Shown here: one piece after another, positions 30,801 to 41,886 of the stretch
Layout of the letters: each line of letters begins with the position of its first letter
Numbering within the stretch: position 1 is the stretch's first letter
Assembly: GCA_963814585.1 (NCBI GenBank)
Contig: CAWFDF010000004.1
Coordinates: 96,001-160,000 of the forward strand
Direction of reading: 5' to 3'
DNA from: an uncultured delta proteobacterium
GTDB lineage: Bacteria; Myxococcota; Myxococcia; Myxococcales; Anaeromyxobacteraceae
DNA length: 64,000 nt
Notes under the pieces: generated by a model
The model's database searches: none
Told to the model about the DNA's origin: nothing
Seen by the model: the letters and a program-made list of their open reading frames with translations, nothing else
Position numbers and translations under genes: made by a program

Positions 30801-30895
30801 GCCTCCGGGTCGGCGCCGGTGGATGACGGCGCGGCCGGCCAGGCCGCCCCGGGGACCATCGCCAGGAGGAGGAGCGCGGCGTGGCGCCGGGTCAC
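27806..30895 (-). CDS. BamA/TamA-family outer membrane protein with multiple POTRA domains
   Basis: GTG 30895 overlaps the tamB stop; signal peptide, POTRA repeats, GGATSMRGF, GIRFVTPVGP, terminal Phe. Confidence 0.88.
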   Translation of the reverse strand: MTRRHAALLLLAMVPGAAWPAAPSSTGADPEAPAAEGPGTEIGARRAASILLLLPQHEDTAALEALVVLERGAPVTVTAVRRTVTRLYQTGRCRDVVVTEAPASAPAGQGGRWVDLTVECLPPRVLVAEVFQFEGPSPLSERDLRSELQLTRGDPFDQDDVERIVGRARSALRRQGYLAAEVTGALHGAPGATLTLRVKAGPPTLVSAVRLPGAGAAEEGLRARLATRPGQVLVEERLRSDLDVLVAALRAGGHRRGRIGAPTLREVAGGVEVEIGVQPGPLMALEIRGAEAFARSDLEAPLQLGGEAALDGADVDAGIERLRAFYRAHGFALARIEAEERRVGDRVVVILHVTEGRPYRLRSLRVDGAEARGEAAALERLRTLLDEEPGTAAESPLNDWARALEASIPSAPPRRAPPSRPPLESLLDEVQASRALGQLVDEYQNDGYLEAVALGWSMEADTRAGQLDVVMRLSEGVQTKVESIGFEGHAQLPLTELAREARLAPGEPLAFDKVEATRSALQRLYLTRGFLYARVEAKEEIDRERHVAALRFVVDEGPRVRIGRVLVSGNRRTLASVVQRAISVKEGEPYDPEAVTRTQAALLGLGVFRSVALRLSDAETPEAVKDLNVELSERPWLYVSTGAGFSIANGPRASIESGQPNLLGRALELTMRAKVNYLLEVNRPDLQDASPSERWEGRADVGLRAPQPTPWPLSAHLELIAERLRRRAYDMSDISLVLGADHPLTRRITLSVQYELMVGQLRRTGATDYLTQADLERLRFDQGTTSLQSIRPVATIDFRDNPVHPHSGWFATAAAEWEHSVGAAGETYLGFFPGSDIYSNLVKLQGTLSAYLPVSHGTTLALSARGGRVVTLDPASRTIAPKRYYLGGATSMRGFAEEEMVAQDLRASLAEQSRHCASSITQAGCTGPGADLAAGRTVASEGGEAFLVFKGELRVGLSGSVELGLFADLGNLWANPDNFRLLDLRPNAGAGIRFVTPVGPAALDVGFNLVPDDRINERLWALHFTIGLF

Positions 30896-33800
30896 TCGCT
30901 CCACTCCCAGCGCAGGCGCAGGTCGAGCCCGTGGTCGCCCGCCTTCACGTCGGGATTGTCGTTGTCCCACTGGTACTGGATCGCCGTGTTGTCCCCGAGC
31001 CTCAGCTCGGCCTGGGCCTTCTGGCCGGCGCGAGCGCCGGAGAGCGGGGCCTGGAAGCGCAGCTTGAGCCGGTCCCTCACCAGCCATGACTCGAACTCGG
31101 CCCGCGGCTCGACCTGCCGCGCCTCCCCGGAGTAGGCGCTGGTGACCCGCATCGAGAGATCCTGCAGCACGTCGCCGCGCGGCATGAAGCGGCGCACCTG
31201 CTCGTCGAGCCCGGAGGCCGAGATGAGGGCCTGGGCGGCCGCCGCGGTGGCCAGGGCCTGGGCGGTGGCCGCGGTGGTCACGCCCGGTGCGCTGCCGCCG
31301 GTCGGGGTATCGCGCGAGGTGTAGCCCATGGAGAGCAGCGTGATGATGTCAGGCTGCGAGAGCGGAGGCGAGGCGGTGAGCGCCAGCCTGGGCTCGGTGA
31401 CGGAGCCGAGGACGTGGATGAAGACCTGGTAGTCCCGCACCCGCGCCTCGCCGTGGACGTCGAGCCCCATCTCCACCCGGTCCCGCTCGGTGAAGTCGAC
31501 CACGGCGTGGCTCAGGACGAACTCGTTGCCGCGGAACATGGCGCGGCTCCCCTCGGTCATGGTGAGCGTGCCGATCATGCCGGGGGCCGCCAGGCTGCCC
31601 ACCAGCGTCAGCTCGCCCCGGACCCCGCCGCGGGCCAGGTCGTTCTCGATGCGGGCGTCTCCGTCCACCGCGAGCTGGAGGTCGAAGCGCAGCCATTCCG
31701 CCGACTTGTCGTAGGCGCGAGCCGCCGCGGAGCGCCGCCGCCGCAGCTCGAGGACCTTCTTCTCCAGGTCGACGTTGTCGGTGTAGCGGGCCCGCAGCAC
31801 GTGGAGCCGCCCCGTCACCAGCGTCTCCTCGGGCGTGCCGGCGGCCTCCAGCCGGCCCGACAGCGTGACCGGCAGGTAGGACGGGATGGCCACGGGCACC
31901 GCCTCCAGCTCGGCCTCCAGCCGCAGCCTGGCAGGGACCATCCTCACCAGCTCCACCTCGCCCGACATGGTGGTCCTTCCGCCGTTGATGCGAGCCTCGG
32001 CCCCGACGAAGGTCACCCGGTTCTGCGAGAAGGAGAGGCTGCCGGTCAGCCCGTCGAAGACCGCGTTGGTCCCACGCACCTGGAACCCACCCTCCGCCAC
32101 CTGCCCGTCGCCCGCCAGCTCCAGCGCCTCGGCGGTCCCGCCGACATGGGCCTCCATCACCAGCCGGCCATGCGGGCGGCGCAGGACCGGCACCAGCCCC
32201 GCCAGGAAGCGCAGGTCGATGGACCCAGCGGCGTCGAGATCGAGGTCGAGGCCGCCGCCCATCCCCCCGCTGACGGCGAACTCGGTGTCGGGGCCCTTGA
32301 TCCTGAAGGACTCGACGTCGAGCCGTCCGCCGTCGAAGCGGAGCGCCACCGGTGCCGCGTTCTCGACGCGGAAGTCACCGACCGTGGTGCTGAGCCGGGC
32401 CAGCTCGACCCGGCCCCGGGCGGTGCGCGGCGCCGCCAGCTCGCCGGTGGCCGAGGCCTGCCCCTCCACCACCGCCCGGAAGCCGCCGGGCGGCCCGCCA
32501 GGCCAGAGCCTGGCCGCGTCGTCCATCTTCAGGTCGACCCGGGCCTGGTAGGGCATCCGGCCCTCGAGCCGGGCCTCGGCGGTGAAGCGCATCCCCTCGG
32601 CACCGCCGGTCACCAGCAGCTGTCGCGCCTCGATGGTGCCTCCCAGCTGGACGGTGCCGAAGACGGCGCCTCGGAGCGCCAGCGCATCGGCGTTGAGCGC
32701 GAAGCGGACGCGGGGCTGGTCCCACGAGCCGGCCAGGTCCGCGCTCCCGGAGATGGAGCCGGTCCAGGCGCCGCCCGGAAGCTCCAGGGTGGCCGCCGGC
32801 AGGCCGGCCGCCGAGAGCGTGAGCGCCCACGGCTGCGGTGGCTGGAAGGCCCAGGTGCCGACCGCCCCGACCGTCCCCGGTCCCGAGGTCAGCTCCAGCC
32901 GATCGAAGCGGACCCTGGCGGCCTCGAGGATGGCGCCGGTGACCCGCCCGCCGTCGAACCTCCGGCCCGCCACCTGGCACGGCCCGAAGCGCCCCTCGAA
33001 CTGGAGGTCGGGCGCCGCGGCCGGCCCGGCCGCGGTGACCGTCATGGACTCGATGCGGCCGTCGACGACGCCGCGGAGCGCGCGCGAGCTGGGGAGCCAG
33101 TCGGCCACGGCGTCGAGGTAGTCGCGGGCCTGCCCGCTCGCGGTGAACCTGGAGCCGGTGATCCGGACCGGACTGGCGCCGAGGTCGACGTCCAGCGAGC
33201 CGCGGTAGGCGCTCCCGCCCCGCTGCCCCTCCAGGCTGGAGAAGCGCAGCACCCGATCCGCGGCGTGGACCAGGTCGCCCGAGACCGTGCCGAGATCGAC
33301 GTCGAGGAGGCGGAAGCCCTCCAGCTTCATCCTGGCCGAGGCCTGGGGCAGGCCGTAGGGCGCGGCGCCGACGCGCGCGGTGACGCTGCCCCGGCCGGCC
33401 ATCGGCAGCCCGGCGATGTGGCCGAGCGGACCGAGGTCCACCTCGCCGGAGGTCCGGACCTGGAAGCCCCGCGCGGAGTCGAAGTGGACCTCGGCGTCGA
33501 CGTCCACCGCCCCCCGCCCGACCTCGATGCGCGCCTTCTCGAAGAAGAGGCCGTCGAGGGTGATCCGGAACGGCGCCTGCACCTGGCCCTGGGCGAACTC
33601 CACCATGGCCTGGTCGGACGGCTTGGCCTGGCGCCAGGGGCCGGTGAGGGCCCGGAAGCCCTTCACCTGGGAGTCGACGGCGACGGCCAGCTGGGGCGGC
33701 CAGATGGCCCCGGCGACCCGGGCCGTGCCGGTCAGCCGCCCGGTGATCCAGGCGTCCCGCACCGAGAGCCGCTCCAGGATCTCGGCCAGGTCGACGCCGT

Positions 33801-34854
33801 CGAGCTGGGCGACCGCGTCGATGGGGACGCTGGACGCCAGGGTCACCTCGCCCTTGGCGGTGAGCTTCCCGTCGCCGAAGGGGAGCGTCAGCCGCTCCAC
33901 CACCACCTTGTCGCCGGCCAGCCTCGCCTCGGCGCTCCCGGCGCCGAGCCGGACCTCGCCGGCCCCGAGCTCCGCGAACTCGACCGTGGCGCTCAGCTGC
34001 GGCGCCGAGGGACGCCCCTTCACCCTCGCCTGGACCTTGAGCTGCGCGTCCCAGGCCTTGGCCGACTCGCCGGCCAGCGCCACCATCCGGGCCAGCGATC
34101 CCTCCGCCGTGGCGGTGAGGTCGAGCAGCGGGCTGCAGAGCGTGCGGACCTGTCCGCGCACCGAGAGCCGCACCCCACCGACGGTCGCCGCGGCGCTGGC
34201 CAGCGAGGCCTCGGAGAGGTCGAGCGCCACCTCGCCGTCCAGCTCGGGCCGCTCCAGCCGCCAGGCCCTCCCGGCGGCCGCCACCCGGACCTCGCCGGCG
34301 CCGGCCGTGGCCTGGATGCGGCGCACCGACGAGCCGAGGCGCCAGCGCGACCGGGCGCTCCGGCCCGCCTCGACGTGGAGCCCGTCGATCTCGACGCGCT
34401 GGCCCCCGTCGAGCGCGAGCACCACGGAGCCGTCGGTCAGGTCGAGCTGCCGGATGTCGATCTGCTTGAGCTCGGGCGGTGGGCAGGGGCGTGGCGTGCC
34501 CGTGGGCGGCGGCGCGGTCGCCACCAGCCGCGGCCGCGTCAGCCTCAACGTCGCCAGCTGGATGCGTCCCCCCAGCCCCTGGATCAGGGCCAGCCTCGCC
34601 TCCACGGCGTCGGCGGTGAAGAGCGGCGCGCCGGCCGGGCCGAGGCGCAGCCCCTCCGTCACCACCGAGAGGGAGAAGGGGTCGATGCTGCAGGCGGTGG
34701 TGGCCACCTCCAGCCCGGTGGCCGCGCCCACCCGGGCCGCGGCCAGCGCGCAGATCCGGTCTCCGGCCCAGCGCGTGCGCAAGGCCGCCATCGAGCCGGC
34801 CACCAGGGCCAGCAGGACGCCGAGGAAGGCGAGGGCGAGGCGGCGCTTCGTCAC
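30892..34854 (-). CDS. tamB: TamB/AsmA-like translocation and assembly module protein
   Basis: N-terminal anchor, about 1320 aa of beta-rich sequence, C-terminal ASPPLSQPDIITLL (DUF490-like); adjacent to an Omp85 gene. Confidence 0.78.
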   Translation of the reverse strand: MTKRRLALAFLGVLLALVAGSMAALRTRWAGDRICALAAARVGAATGLEVATTACSIDPFSLSVVTEGLRLGPAGAPLFTADAVEARLALIQGLGGRIQLATLRLTRPRLVATAPPPTGTPRPCPPPELKQIDIRQLDLTDGSVVLALDGGQRVEIDGLHVEAGRSARSRWRLGSSVRRIQATAGAGEVRVAAAGRAWRLERPELDGEVALDLSEASLASAAATVGGVRLSVRGQVRTLCSPLLDLTATAEGSLARMVALAGESAKAWDAQLKVQARVKGRPSAPQLSATVEFAELGAGEVRLGAGSAEARLAGDKVVVERLTLPFGDGKLTAKGEVTLASSVPIDAVAQLDGVDLAEILERLSVRDAWITGRLTGTARVAGAIWPPQLAVAVDSQVKGFRALTGPWRQAKPSDQAMVEFAQGQVQAPFRITLDGLFFEKARIEVGRGAVDVDAEVHFDSARGFQVRTSGEVDLGPLGHIAGLPMAGRGSVTARVGAAPYGLPQASARMKLEGFRLLDVDLGTVSGDLVHAADRVLRFSSLEGQRGGSAYRGSLDVDLGASPVRITGSRFTASGQARDYLDAVADWLPSSRALRGVVDGRIESMTVTAAGPAAAPDLQFEGRFGPCQVAGRRFDGGRVTGAILEAARVRFDRLELTSGPGTVGAVGTWAFQPPQPWALTLSAAGLPAATLELPGGAWTGSISGSADLAGSWDQPRVRFALNADALALRGAVFGTVQLGGTIEARQLLVTGGAEGMRFTAEARLEGRMPYQARVDLKMDDAARLWPGGPPGGFRAVVEGQASATGELAAPRTARGRVELARLSTTVGDFRVENAAPVALRFDGGRLDVESFRIKGPDTEFAVSGGMGGGLDLDLDAAGSIDLRFLAGLVPVLRRPHGRLVMEAHVGGTAEALELAGDGQVAEGGFQVRGTNAVFDGLTGSLSFSQNRVTFVGAEARINGGRTTMSGEVELVRMVPARLRLEAELEAVPVAIPSYLPVTLSGRLEAAGTPEETLVTGRLHVLRARYTDNVDLEKKVLELRRRRSAAARAYDKSAEWLRFDLQLAVDGDARIENDLARGGVRGELTLVGSLAAPGMIGTLTMTEGSRAMFRGNEFVLSHAVVDFTERDRVEMGLDVHGEARVRDYQVFIHVLGSVTEPRLALTASPPLSQPDIITLLSMGYTSRDTPTGGSAPGVTTAATAQALATAAAAQALISASGLDEQVRRFMPRGDVLQDLSMRVTSAYSGEARQVEPRAEFESWLVRDRLKLRFQAPLSGARAGQKAQAELRLGDNTAIQYQWDNDNPDVKAGDHGLDLRLRWEWSE

Positions 34855-34926
34855 CAGATCGATTGTCCCGCCGTGGGGCCGTGCCGCCAAGCTCCTGGCC
34901 CGGAGCCGGGGCCAGGGGGCCCCGGC

Positions 34927-35847
34927 TCACTTGGTGAGCGACTCGAGATACCGGTCGATGTCCCCGAGGTCGATGCGGGGACGGGCGGTGGGCCGATCGA
35001 CCTGGACCGGCGCCGCCGCGGCCGGCGCCTCGGGATCGGGCAGCCCGAGGTCGCGGGCCACCCGCTCGATGGCCTTGTCGTCGATGTCGTGGCTGCGGGC
35101 CACGAACCCCTCGAAGAGCGCATTGTCGCAGATGGTGTTGATGAGCCGGGGCGTCCCGCGGGCCTGGACGTGGATGGCCTCGATGGCCGAGGCGGTGAAG
35201 GGGATTCGCGTCGCCCCGGCCAGCCGCAGCCGGTGCTGGACGTAGGCCTCGGTGTCCTCCAGCTTGAGCGGCTCCAGCCGGTACTTGAGCGCCACCCGCT
35301 GTGCCAGCGGTGGATCGAGCCTGAGGTTGTCCTCGATCTCCGGCAGGCCGAAGAAGACGAAGGAGAGCAGCTTGCGCTCCGGCACCTCGAGGTTGAGCAG
35401 CCCGCGAAACTCCTCCATCAGGTCGCGCGAGGCCAGCATCTGGGCCTCGTCGATGAGCACCACCGCCTTCTTCCCCTGCTCGAAGATCCTCACCAGCCGC
35501 TGGTAGAGCTGGGAGAGGAGCGCCAGCTTCTCCTCGGCCGGTGACTCGACGCCGAGCTGGAGGGCGATGCGGCGCAGCAGCCAGCCGGGGGTGATGCCGG
35601 AGTGGATGATGACCAGCAGCGCCGCCTCGTACTCCTCCTCCGGGAGGCTGTCGAGCATGCGGCGGGCCAGCGTGGTCTTGCCGGCGCCGATGTCTCCCAC
35701 CAGCACCGCCAGCCCCTTCATGTTGGAGACGGCGTGCGTCAGCCGCATCAGCGCCTGGGCGTGCTGCGCCGACCCGAAGTAGAAGCGCGACACCGGCGCG
35801 TTCGAGAAGGGCTCCTGGTTCAGCTCGTAGAAGTCGAGGTAGGTCAC
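34927..35847 (-). CDS. ExeA/GspA-family AAA ATPase
   Basis: YLDFYEL..EPF, GDIGAGKTT, LIDEAQ and GTPRLINTICDNAL motifs. Confidence 0.9.
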   Translation of the reverse strand: MTYLDFYELNQEPFSNAPVSRFYFGSAQHAQALMRLTHAVSNMKGLAVLVGDIGAGKTTLARRMLDSLPEEEYEAALLVIIHSGITPGWLLRRIALQLGVESPAEEKLALLSQLYQRLVRIFEQGKKAVVLIDEAQMLASRDLMEEFRGLLNLEVPERKLLSFVFFGLPEIEDNLRLDPPLAQRVALKYRLEPLKLEDTEAYVQHRLRLAGATRIPFTASAIEAIHVQARGTPRLINTICDNALFEGFVARSHDIDDKAIERVARDLGLPDPEAPAAAAPVQVDRPTARPRIDLGDIDRYLESLTK

Positions 35848-35859
35848 GCCGTCCCAGTG

Positions 35860-38604
35860 CTAGAGGAACCCGATGTTCTTTTTCGGGCCGGGCGGGCTGC
35901 CCAGCGGGGGCTGCGACGCCACGGCCGCGGCGGGGGCCTGGTGCGGCGCCGCCCGGGGGATGGCGCCAGGCCGTCCCGGCCCACCCACCTGGAGACCCGC
36001 CGGCGCCGCCATCCCGGCCGGCGGACGGCCCGGCCCGCCGCCCAGCGCCGCCACGTGGCTCGCCGTGTCGCGGTAGCCGGGGTCGAGCCTGGCCACCTTC
36101 TGGAAGCACCAGAGCGCCTCCTCGCGCTCGCCCAGGTCCTGGTAGGCGACGCCGAGCTCGTAGTGGATGGCCTTGGCGCTCTCCTTGGTCAGGAAGTCGG
36201 AGCGGAGCGCCCGGCGCAGCGGCTCGATGGCGTCGCGAGGACGCCCCTGCGACAGGCGGCAGTGCGCGATCATCGCCAGGCTGTCGATCTCCTTCTTCCG
36301 GTTGGTGCCGCGCAGCGCGGTCTCGAACTCGTTGACCGCGTCGTCGACCAGCCCCATCTCCTTGTAGGCGATGCCGAGATCGTAGTGGGTGTCCGAGTCC
36401 TCGGCGGTCACGGTCTCGGCCACGCCGCGCTTGAACTGGTTGAAGACGTCCTCGACCGAGTACTGGAACTCGTCGTCGATGCCGCCGAGGTCGGGGGCCC
36501 GGTCCAGCTCCTCGGCCAGGTCGGCGCCGAGGTCGAAGGTGGCCCCGGCGCCGGCCGAGGGATCGATCAGCGTCGGGCTCTGGCGGGTGGCGGGCGGGCT
36601 GGCGGCCGCCGAGACCGCCGGGGGAGGGCTGGCCGCGACCGGGGCCTGGACCACCGGCGGGACGCGCCTGGCCGACAGCCGGCGCTCCACCTCGGCGAGC
36701 CGGGCCTCGAGGACCGGGTGCCCGGCGTGGAGCGTCCGGAGCTGGAGCAGGAAGTCATGGGCGTCGGACAGCAACCCCTGCTGGGCGAAGAAGTCGGCCT
36801 CCTCCAGCTCGTCGGTGAGATCGGCTGGACCGGGCGGCGGGGCGGCGGGGCGCGGCGCCGCCAGGGCGGGCGGCTCGACCGGGGCCTCTCCGGGCGCCGG
36901 CGCGGTCACCGGCCGGCCGGCCGGCTCCGCCTCCAGATCGGGGAGCCCGCCGGCGCCCGCCTCGTCCACCACCTCCTCGGACCCGGCGGAGGCCAGGGCG
37001 GTGCGGAGCACGGCGTCGTCGGGCCGCTCCAGCTCCTCCTCGACCACCTCCTCGCCGGGCGCGCCGGCCGACATCTCCGCCAGCGTGTCGTCGTCGATCA
37101 CCGGGGGCGGCTCGTCGGCCAGGTCCAGCTCGGACGGGGTCGCCGGAAGGTCGCCCGACTCGATCTCCTCCTCCACCTCCCCGGCGCTCAGCTCGATCTC
37201 CTCGGTGGCGCCGGCGGCCGCCGCCAGCTCTCCGAGCTGGGGGTGGCCGGGGTCGAGGTGCCGGAGCCGGATCAACGACGCCCTGGCCCGATCCAGGTCG
37301 CCCTTGGCGATGGCGGCCCTGACGGCCTGCTCGGCCGCCTCCAGGGCGTCGGCGCGCCGGCCCGCACCGAGGTGGAGGTCGCGGAGCTTCTCCAGCGCCA
37401 CCGGCACCAGGGGGTCGATGGCGAGGACGGACTGGAGGTGGGCGAGGGCCTTGTCGTTCAACCCGTACTTCAGGTACACCTCGGCCTCGGTGAGGAGCTT
37501 GGGGATCCCTTCGGCCCCGGCTGCCGGCGCGGGCGGCGGGGCCGGCGCGAGGGGGGGGGCCGGCGCGGGTGCCGGCGGCGGCAGCGGGCGGGGCTGGCCG
37601 ATCGCCTGGAGCGGCGGCTGGACGGCCACCTTGCCGACGGGCGTCCCCTGGGGCATGGCCATCGGCGGCGCGGGGCTCGGGGATGGCGGCGGCGAGGCCG
37701 GCCCGGGAACGGCCTGGCCCAGCACCTGCGCGGCGTCGGGATCCCCCGGCGCCAGCTCCGCGACCTTCCGCCAGGCGCTGACGGCGTCGGCGCGCCGGCC
37801 AGCCTGCTGGTGGACGTCGGCCAGGGTCTTCCACACCTGCACCGTCTTGGCGCTCTGCCCGAGGTCCCGGAAGGCCTGGGCCAGCAGGGTCAGGGTCTCG
37901 ACGTCGCGGCCGTCGGCCTTGAAGCAGACCTGCAGCTTGGCGAGGGCGCGCTTGGTGTCGGCCTTGGCCATGTAGATGTTGGCCAGCTCGCGAGTCAGCG
38001 CCAGGTCGGCGGGCGCCAGCTCGACGATGCGCTCGGCGACCTTGAGGTAGTCGTCGGCCCGGTTGTGCGCCTTGAGGTAGGCCGCGGCCTTCCGGTACTG
38101 CTCGAGCGCCGGCCCCGGCAGGTTGGCGCCCTGGTAGAGCTTGCCGAGCCGCACCACCGAGCCGATGTTGTCGGGGTCGAGCTCCACCATCCGCTTCAGC
38201 GACTCGAGGAGCCGGACCCCGTCGCCCGCCTTCTCGTGGGCCGCGGCGATGAGCTGGAACTGCCCCATGGCCTCGCTGACCAGCCCGAGCTGCTGGTACA
38301 GGCTGGCCAGGCGCTCGTTGACGCGGACGTCCTCGGCGTCGAGCTTCATCACCTGCTTGTAGACGGCCACCGACTTGAGGAAGAAGCCCTGGTCGGCGTA
38401 GGTCTCGGCGACGCGCTTGAAGGCGTCCGCCGCCATCCGGTCGTCGCCCTTCTTCTGGTAGAGCTCGCCGACCTTCAGCAGGACGCGGACGTCCTTGGGA
38501 TCCTCCTGGAGGATCCGCTCGTAGGTCTTGATCGCCTTGTCGAACGCCCCGCGCTGAACCAGCTTGGTGGCCTCGGCGATGATCTTGTTCTTGTCGACTG
38601 CCAT
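35860..38604 (-). CDS. sgmX: TPR protein, SgmX-like type IV pilus activator
   Basis: N-terminal TPR array, acidic/Pro-rich linker, C-terminal TPRs (THYDLGIAYKEMGL); position between accC and the ExeA gene matches M. xanthus sgmX as recalled. Confidence 0.72.
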   Translation of the reverse strand: MAVDKNKIIAEATKLVQRGAFDKAIKTYERILQEDPKDVRVLLKVGELYQKKGDDRMAADAFKRVAETYADQGFFLKSVAVYKQVMKLDAEDVRVNERLASLYQQLGLVSEAMGQFQLIAAAHEKAGDGVRLLESLKRMVELDPDNIGSVVRLGKLYQGANLPGPALEQYRKAAAYLKAHNRADDYLKVAERIVELAPADLALTRELANIYMAKADTKRALAKLQVCFKADGRDVETLTLLAQAFRDLGQSAKTVQVWKTLADVHQQAGRRADAVSAWRKVAELAPGDPDAAQVLGQAVPGPASPPPSPSPAPPMAMPQGTPVGKVAVQPPLQAIGQPRPLPPPAPAPAPPLAPAPPPAPAAGAEGIPKLLTEAEVYLKYGLNDKALAHLQSVLAIDPLVPVALEKLRDLHLGAGRRADALEAAEQAVRAAIAKGDLDRARASLIRLRHLDPGHPQLGELAAAAGATEEIELSAGEVEEEIESGDLPATPSELDLADEPPPVIDDDTLAEMSAGAPGEEVVEEELERPDDAVLRTALASAGSEEVVDEAGAGGLPDLEAEPAGRPVTAPAPGEAPVEPPALAAPRPAAPPPGPADLTDELEEADFFAQQGLLSDAHDFLLQLRTLHAGHPVLEARLAEVERRLSARRVPPVVQAPVAASPPPAVSAAASPPATRQSPTLIDPSAGAGATFDLGADLAEELDRAPDLGGIDDEFQYSVEDVFNQFKRGVAETVTAEDSDTHYDLGIAYKEMGLVDDAVNEFETALRGTNRKKEIDSLAMIAHCRLSQGRPRDAIEPLRRALRSDFLTKESAKAIHYELGVAYQDLGEREEALWCFQKVARLDPGYRDTASHVAALGGGPGRPPAGMAAPAGLQVGGPGRPGAIPRAAPHQAPAAAVASQPPLGSPPGPKKNIGFL

Positions 38605-38765
38605 CTAGCCGGGGCGACCCGCGGGGCTGTGGGGAGCGAACCATCGACCCGCGAGGGGGCGCGCCGGAACATCCTGCGCGGACCCCGCGGGTCCAGCAAG
38701 CGTAACGGAAGGATCCGGGTCACGCAAGGCGGAATCCCCCGTCAGGACGAGGGATTTCCCCGTTC

Positions 38766-40148
<1,383 letters not shown>

Positions 40149-40164
40149 GGCCGGCCTCGCTCGC

Positions 40165-40689
40165 CTAGCCCGGCAGGATGCGGAAGAGCTTCTCGTTGAA
40201 CTCCACCGGGGTGCCGTTCTGCACGTAGATCTCGGCGACCGTCCCGTCGGTCTCGCACTCGATTTCGTTCATCAGCTTCATGGCCTCGACGATGCAGAGC
40301 ACCTGCCCCTTCTTCACCTTCTGGCCGACGTCGGTGAACGGCGGCGAGTCCGGCGAGGGGGCGCGGTAGAAGGTGCCCACGAACGGCGAGCTGACCAGCG
40401 TCCCCGGGGCCTCGGCGGCCTTGGCCTCCGCCTTGGGGGCGGCGGGCGCCGCGGCCGGGGCGGCCGGGACCGGGGCGGCCACCGGGGCGTGGTGCACCGC
40501 CACCGGGGCGGGCGCGGCCATGGACACCACGGCGCCGCGGCGGATGACGACCTTCTCGATGCCGCGGCTCCAGGCGACGAGGCTGACGTCGGTCTTCTCG
40601 ACCAGCGCCACCAGCTTCTTGACGTCCTCGATGGTGAAGGGCTCGGCGGCAGTCTTGGCGGTGGGCTGCTTGGTGGTCTTGTTGGCCAT
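40165..40689 (-). CDS. accB: Biotin carboxyl carrier protein
   Basis: [11 protein letters not shown] and EAMKLMNEI biotinylation motif. Confidence 0.96.
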   Translation of the reverse strand: MANKTTKQPTAKTAAEPFTIEDVKKLVALVEKTDVSLVAWSRGIEKVVIRRGAVVSMAAPAPVAVHHAPVAAPVPAAPAAAPAAPKAEAKAAEAPGTLVSSPFVGTFYRAPSPDSPPFTDVGQKVKKGQVLCIVEAMKLMNEIECETDGTVAEIYVQNGTPVEFNEKLFRILPG

Positions 40690-40736
40690 GCGCTCTCGCT
40701 CCTTGCGGGTGGGGAACCGTGGGGGGACGGCCGGGA

Positions 40737-41309
40737 CTAGCCGGCGACGCGGGTGAGGTACTCGCCGGTGCGGGTGTCGATCCGCAGCAGCTCACCCTCG
40801 TTGATGAAGAGGGGCACGTTGACCTGGTAGCCGGTCTCCAGCGTGGCCGGCTTGGTGGCGCCCGACACCGTGTCGCCGCGGACGCCCGGATCGCACTTGG
40901 TCACCCGCAGGTCCATGGCGTTGGGCAGGGTGATGCCGATGGCCTTGCCGTTGAAGAACAGGATGTGGGTGGTGGTGTTGTCCTTGATGAAGTTCCTGGC
41001 GTCGCCCATCTGCTCGACGGTCAGGAAGGTCTGCTCGTAGGTCTTGTTGTCCATGAAGTTGTAGTGGTCGCCCTCGCGGTAGAGGTACTGCATCTCCCGC
41101 TCCTCGATGTCGGGCTTGCCCACCACGTCGCCGGACTTGAAGGTCCGGTCGATGGTCCGATCGTTGATGAGGTTCCGGATCCGGGTGCGCACGAAGGCCG
41201 AGCCCTTGCCGGGCTTGACGTGCTGGAACTCCACGATCTCCCAGGGGTCGCCGTCGATCTCGATCTTGAGGCCGCGGCGGAACGCCGAGGTGTCCATGCT
41301 GTCGCCCAT
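40737..41309 (-). CDS. efp: Elongation factor P
   Basis: [27 protein letters not shown] and VPLFI motifs. Confidence 0.97.
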   Translation of the reverse strand: MGDSMDTSAFRRGLKIEIDGDPWEIVEFQHVKPGKGSAFVRTRIRNLINDRTIDRTFKSGDVVGKPDIEEREMQYLYREGDHYNFMDNKTYEQTFLTVEQMGDARNFIKDNTTTHILFFNGKAIGITLPNAMDLRVTKCDPGVRGDTVSGATKPATLETGYQVNVPLFINEGELLRIDTRTGEYLTRVAG

Positions 41310-41394
41310 CTGCTTCTCCTGCTCCTGTTGGAATCGCCGGGACCGGCGGAGCCCGGCCCGCTGCGGGCCGGTGCGCGCGCCGGGGAGGTGGCCC

Positions 41395-41757
41395 CTACAG
41401 CTCGGCCAGCAGCTTCGGGGCCGTGACGCGCATCATGTAGCGCGCCTTGCCGAAGTTGCCGTCGGGCCTGAGGGCCACCACCAGGAAATACTCGGGTGAG
41501 ACGAGCCGGGCCACCACCAGCAGCCGCTCCGACTGGACCGAGAGCTCCGAGACCTCGCCGGCCTCGTGGGCCGCCGCCGCCTCGCGCGCGGAGCGGAGGA
41601 GGGAGGAGTACTCGACCAGCAGGGTCTGGACGTCCAGGCCGGCCTCGCCCTGGAGGTGGTGGCTGTCGACCTCGATGCCATCCACGCCCATCAGCGCGCA
41701 GGCGACCGCGCCGTCGACGTTCTCGACCACGTGCTGGAGGTGCTCTCGAAAGCTCAT
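41395..41757 (-). CDS. mglC: Roadblock/LC7 protein, MglC-like
   Basis: 120 aa with LMGVDGI and GNFGKARY; position between efp and the pilQ operon matches M. xanthus mglC as recalled. Confidence 0.7.
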   Translation of the reverse strand: MSFREHLQHVVENVDGAVACALMGVDGIEVDSHHLQGEAGLDVQTLLVEYSSLLRSAREAAAAHEAGEVSELSVQSERLLVVARLVSPEYFLVVALRPDGNFGKARYMMRVTAPKLLAEL

Positions 41758-41886
41758 GGCTCGCCGCTCCGCGTCGTAAATCCCCGAAAAGACGAGGACC
41801 GCGTCACGAAGCGGGCCGTATCTAGCCCGCTCGCGCGCGATCCGTCAAGGCGGCCCAGGCTCCCCCGGGAGAGGGCCTGGCCGCTG

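Noticed and set aside
37551..37559. G9 tract in the sgmX-like gene and C9 tract at 6231-6239 in gspN as phase-variable sites
   Set aside because: Both are in frame and encode Pro runs; the gspN tract is at the extreme C-terminus
40737..41309. Functional link between efp and neighbouring polyproline-rich pilus proteins
   Set aside because: efp-accB-accC linkage is widespread and needs no special explanation
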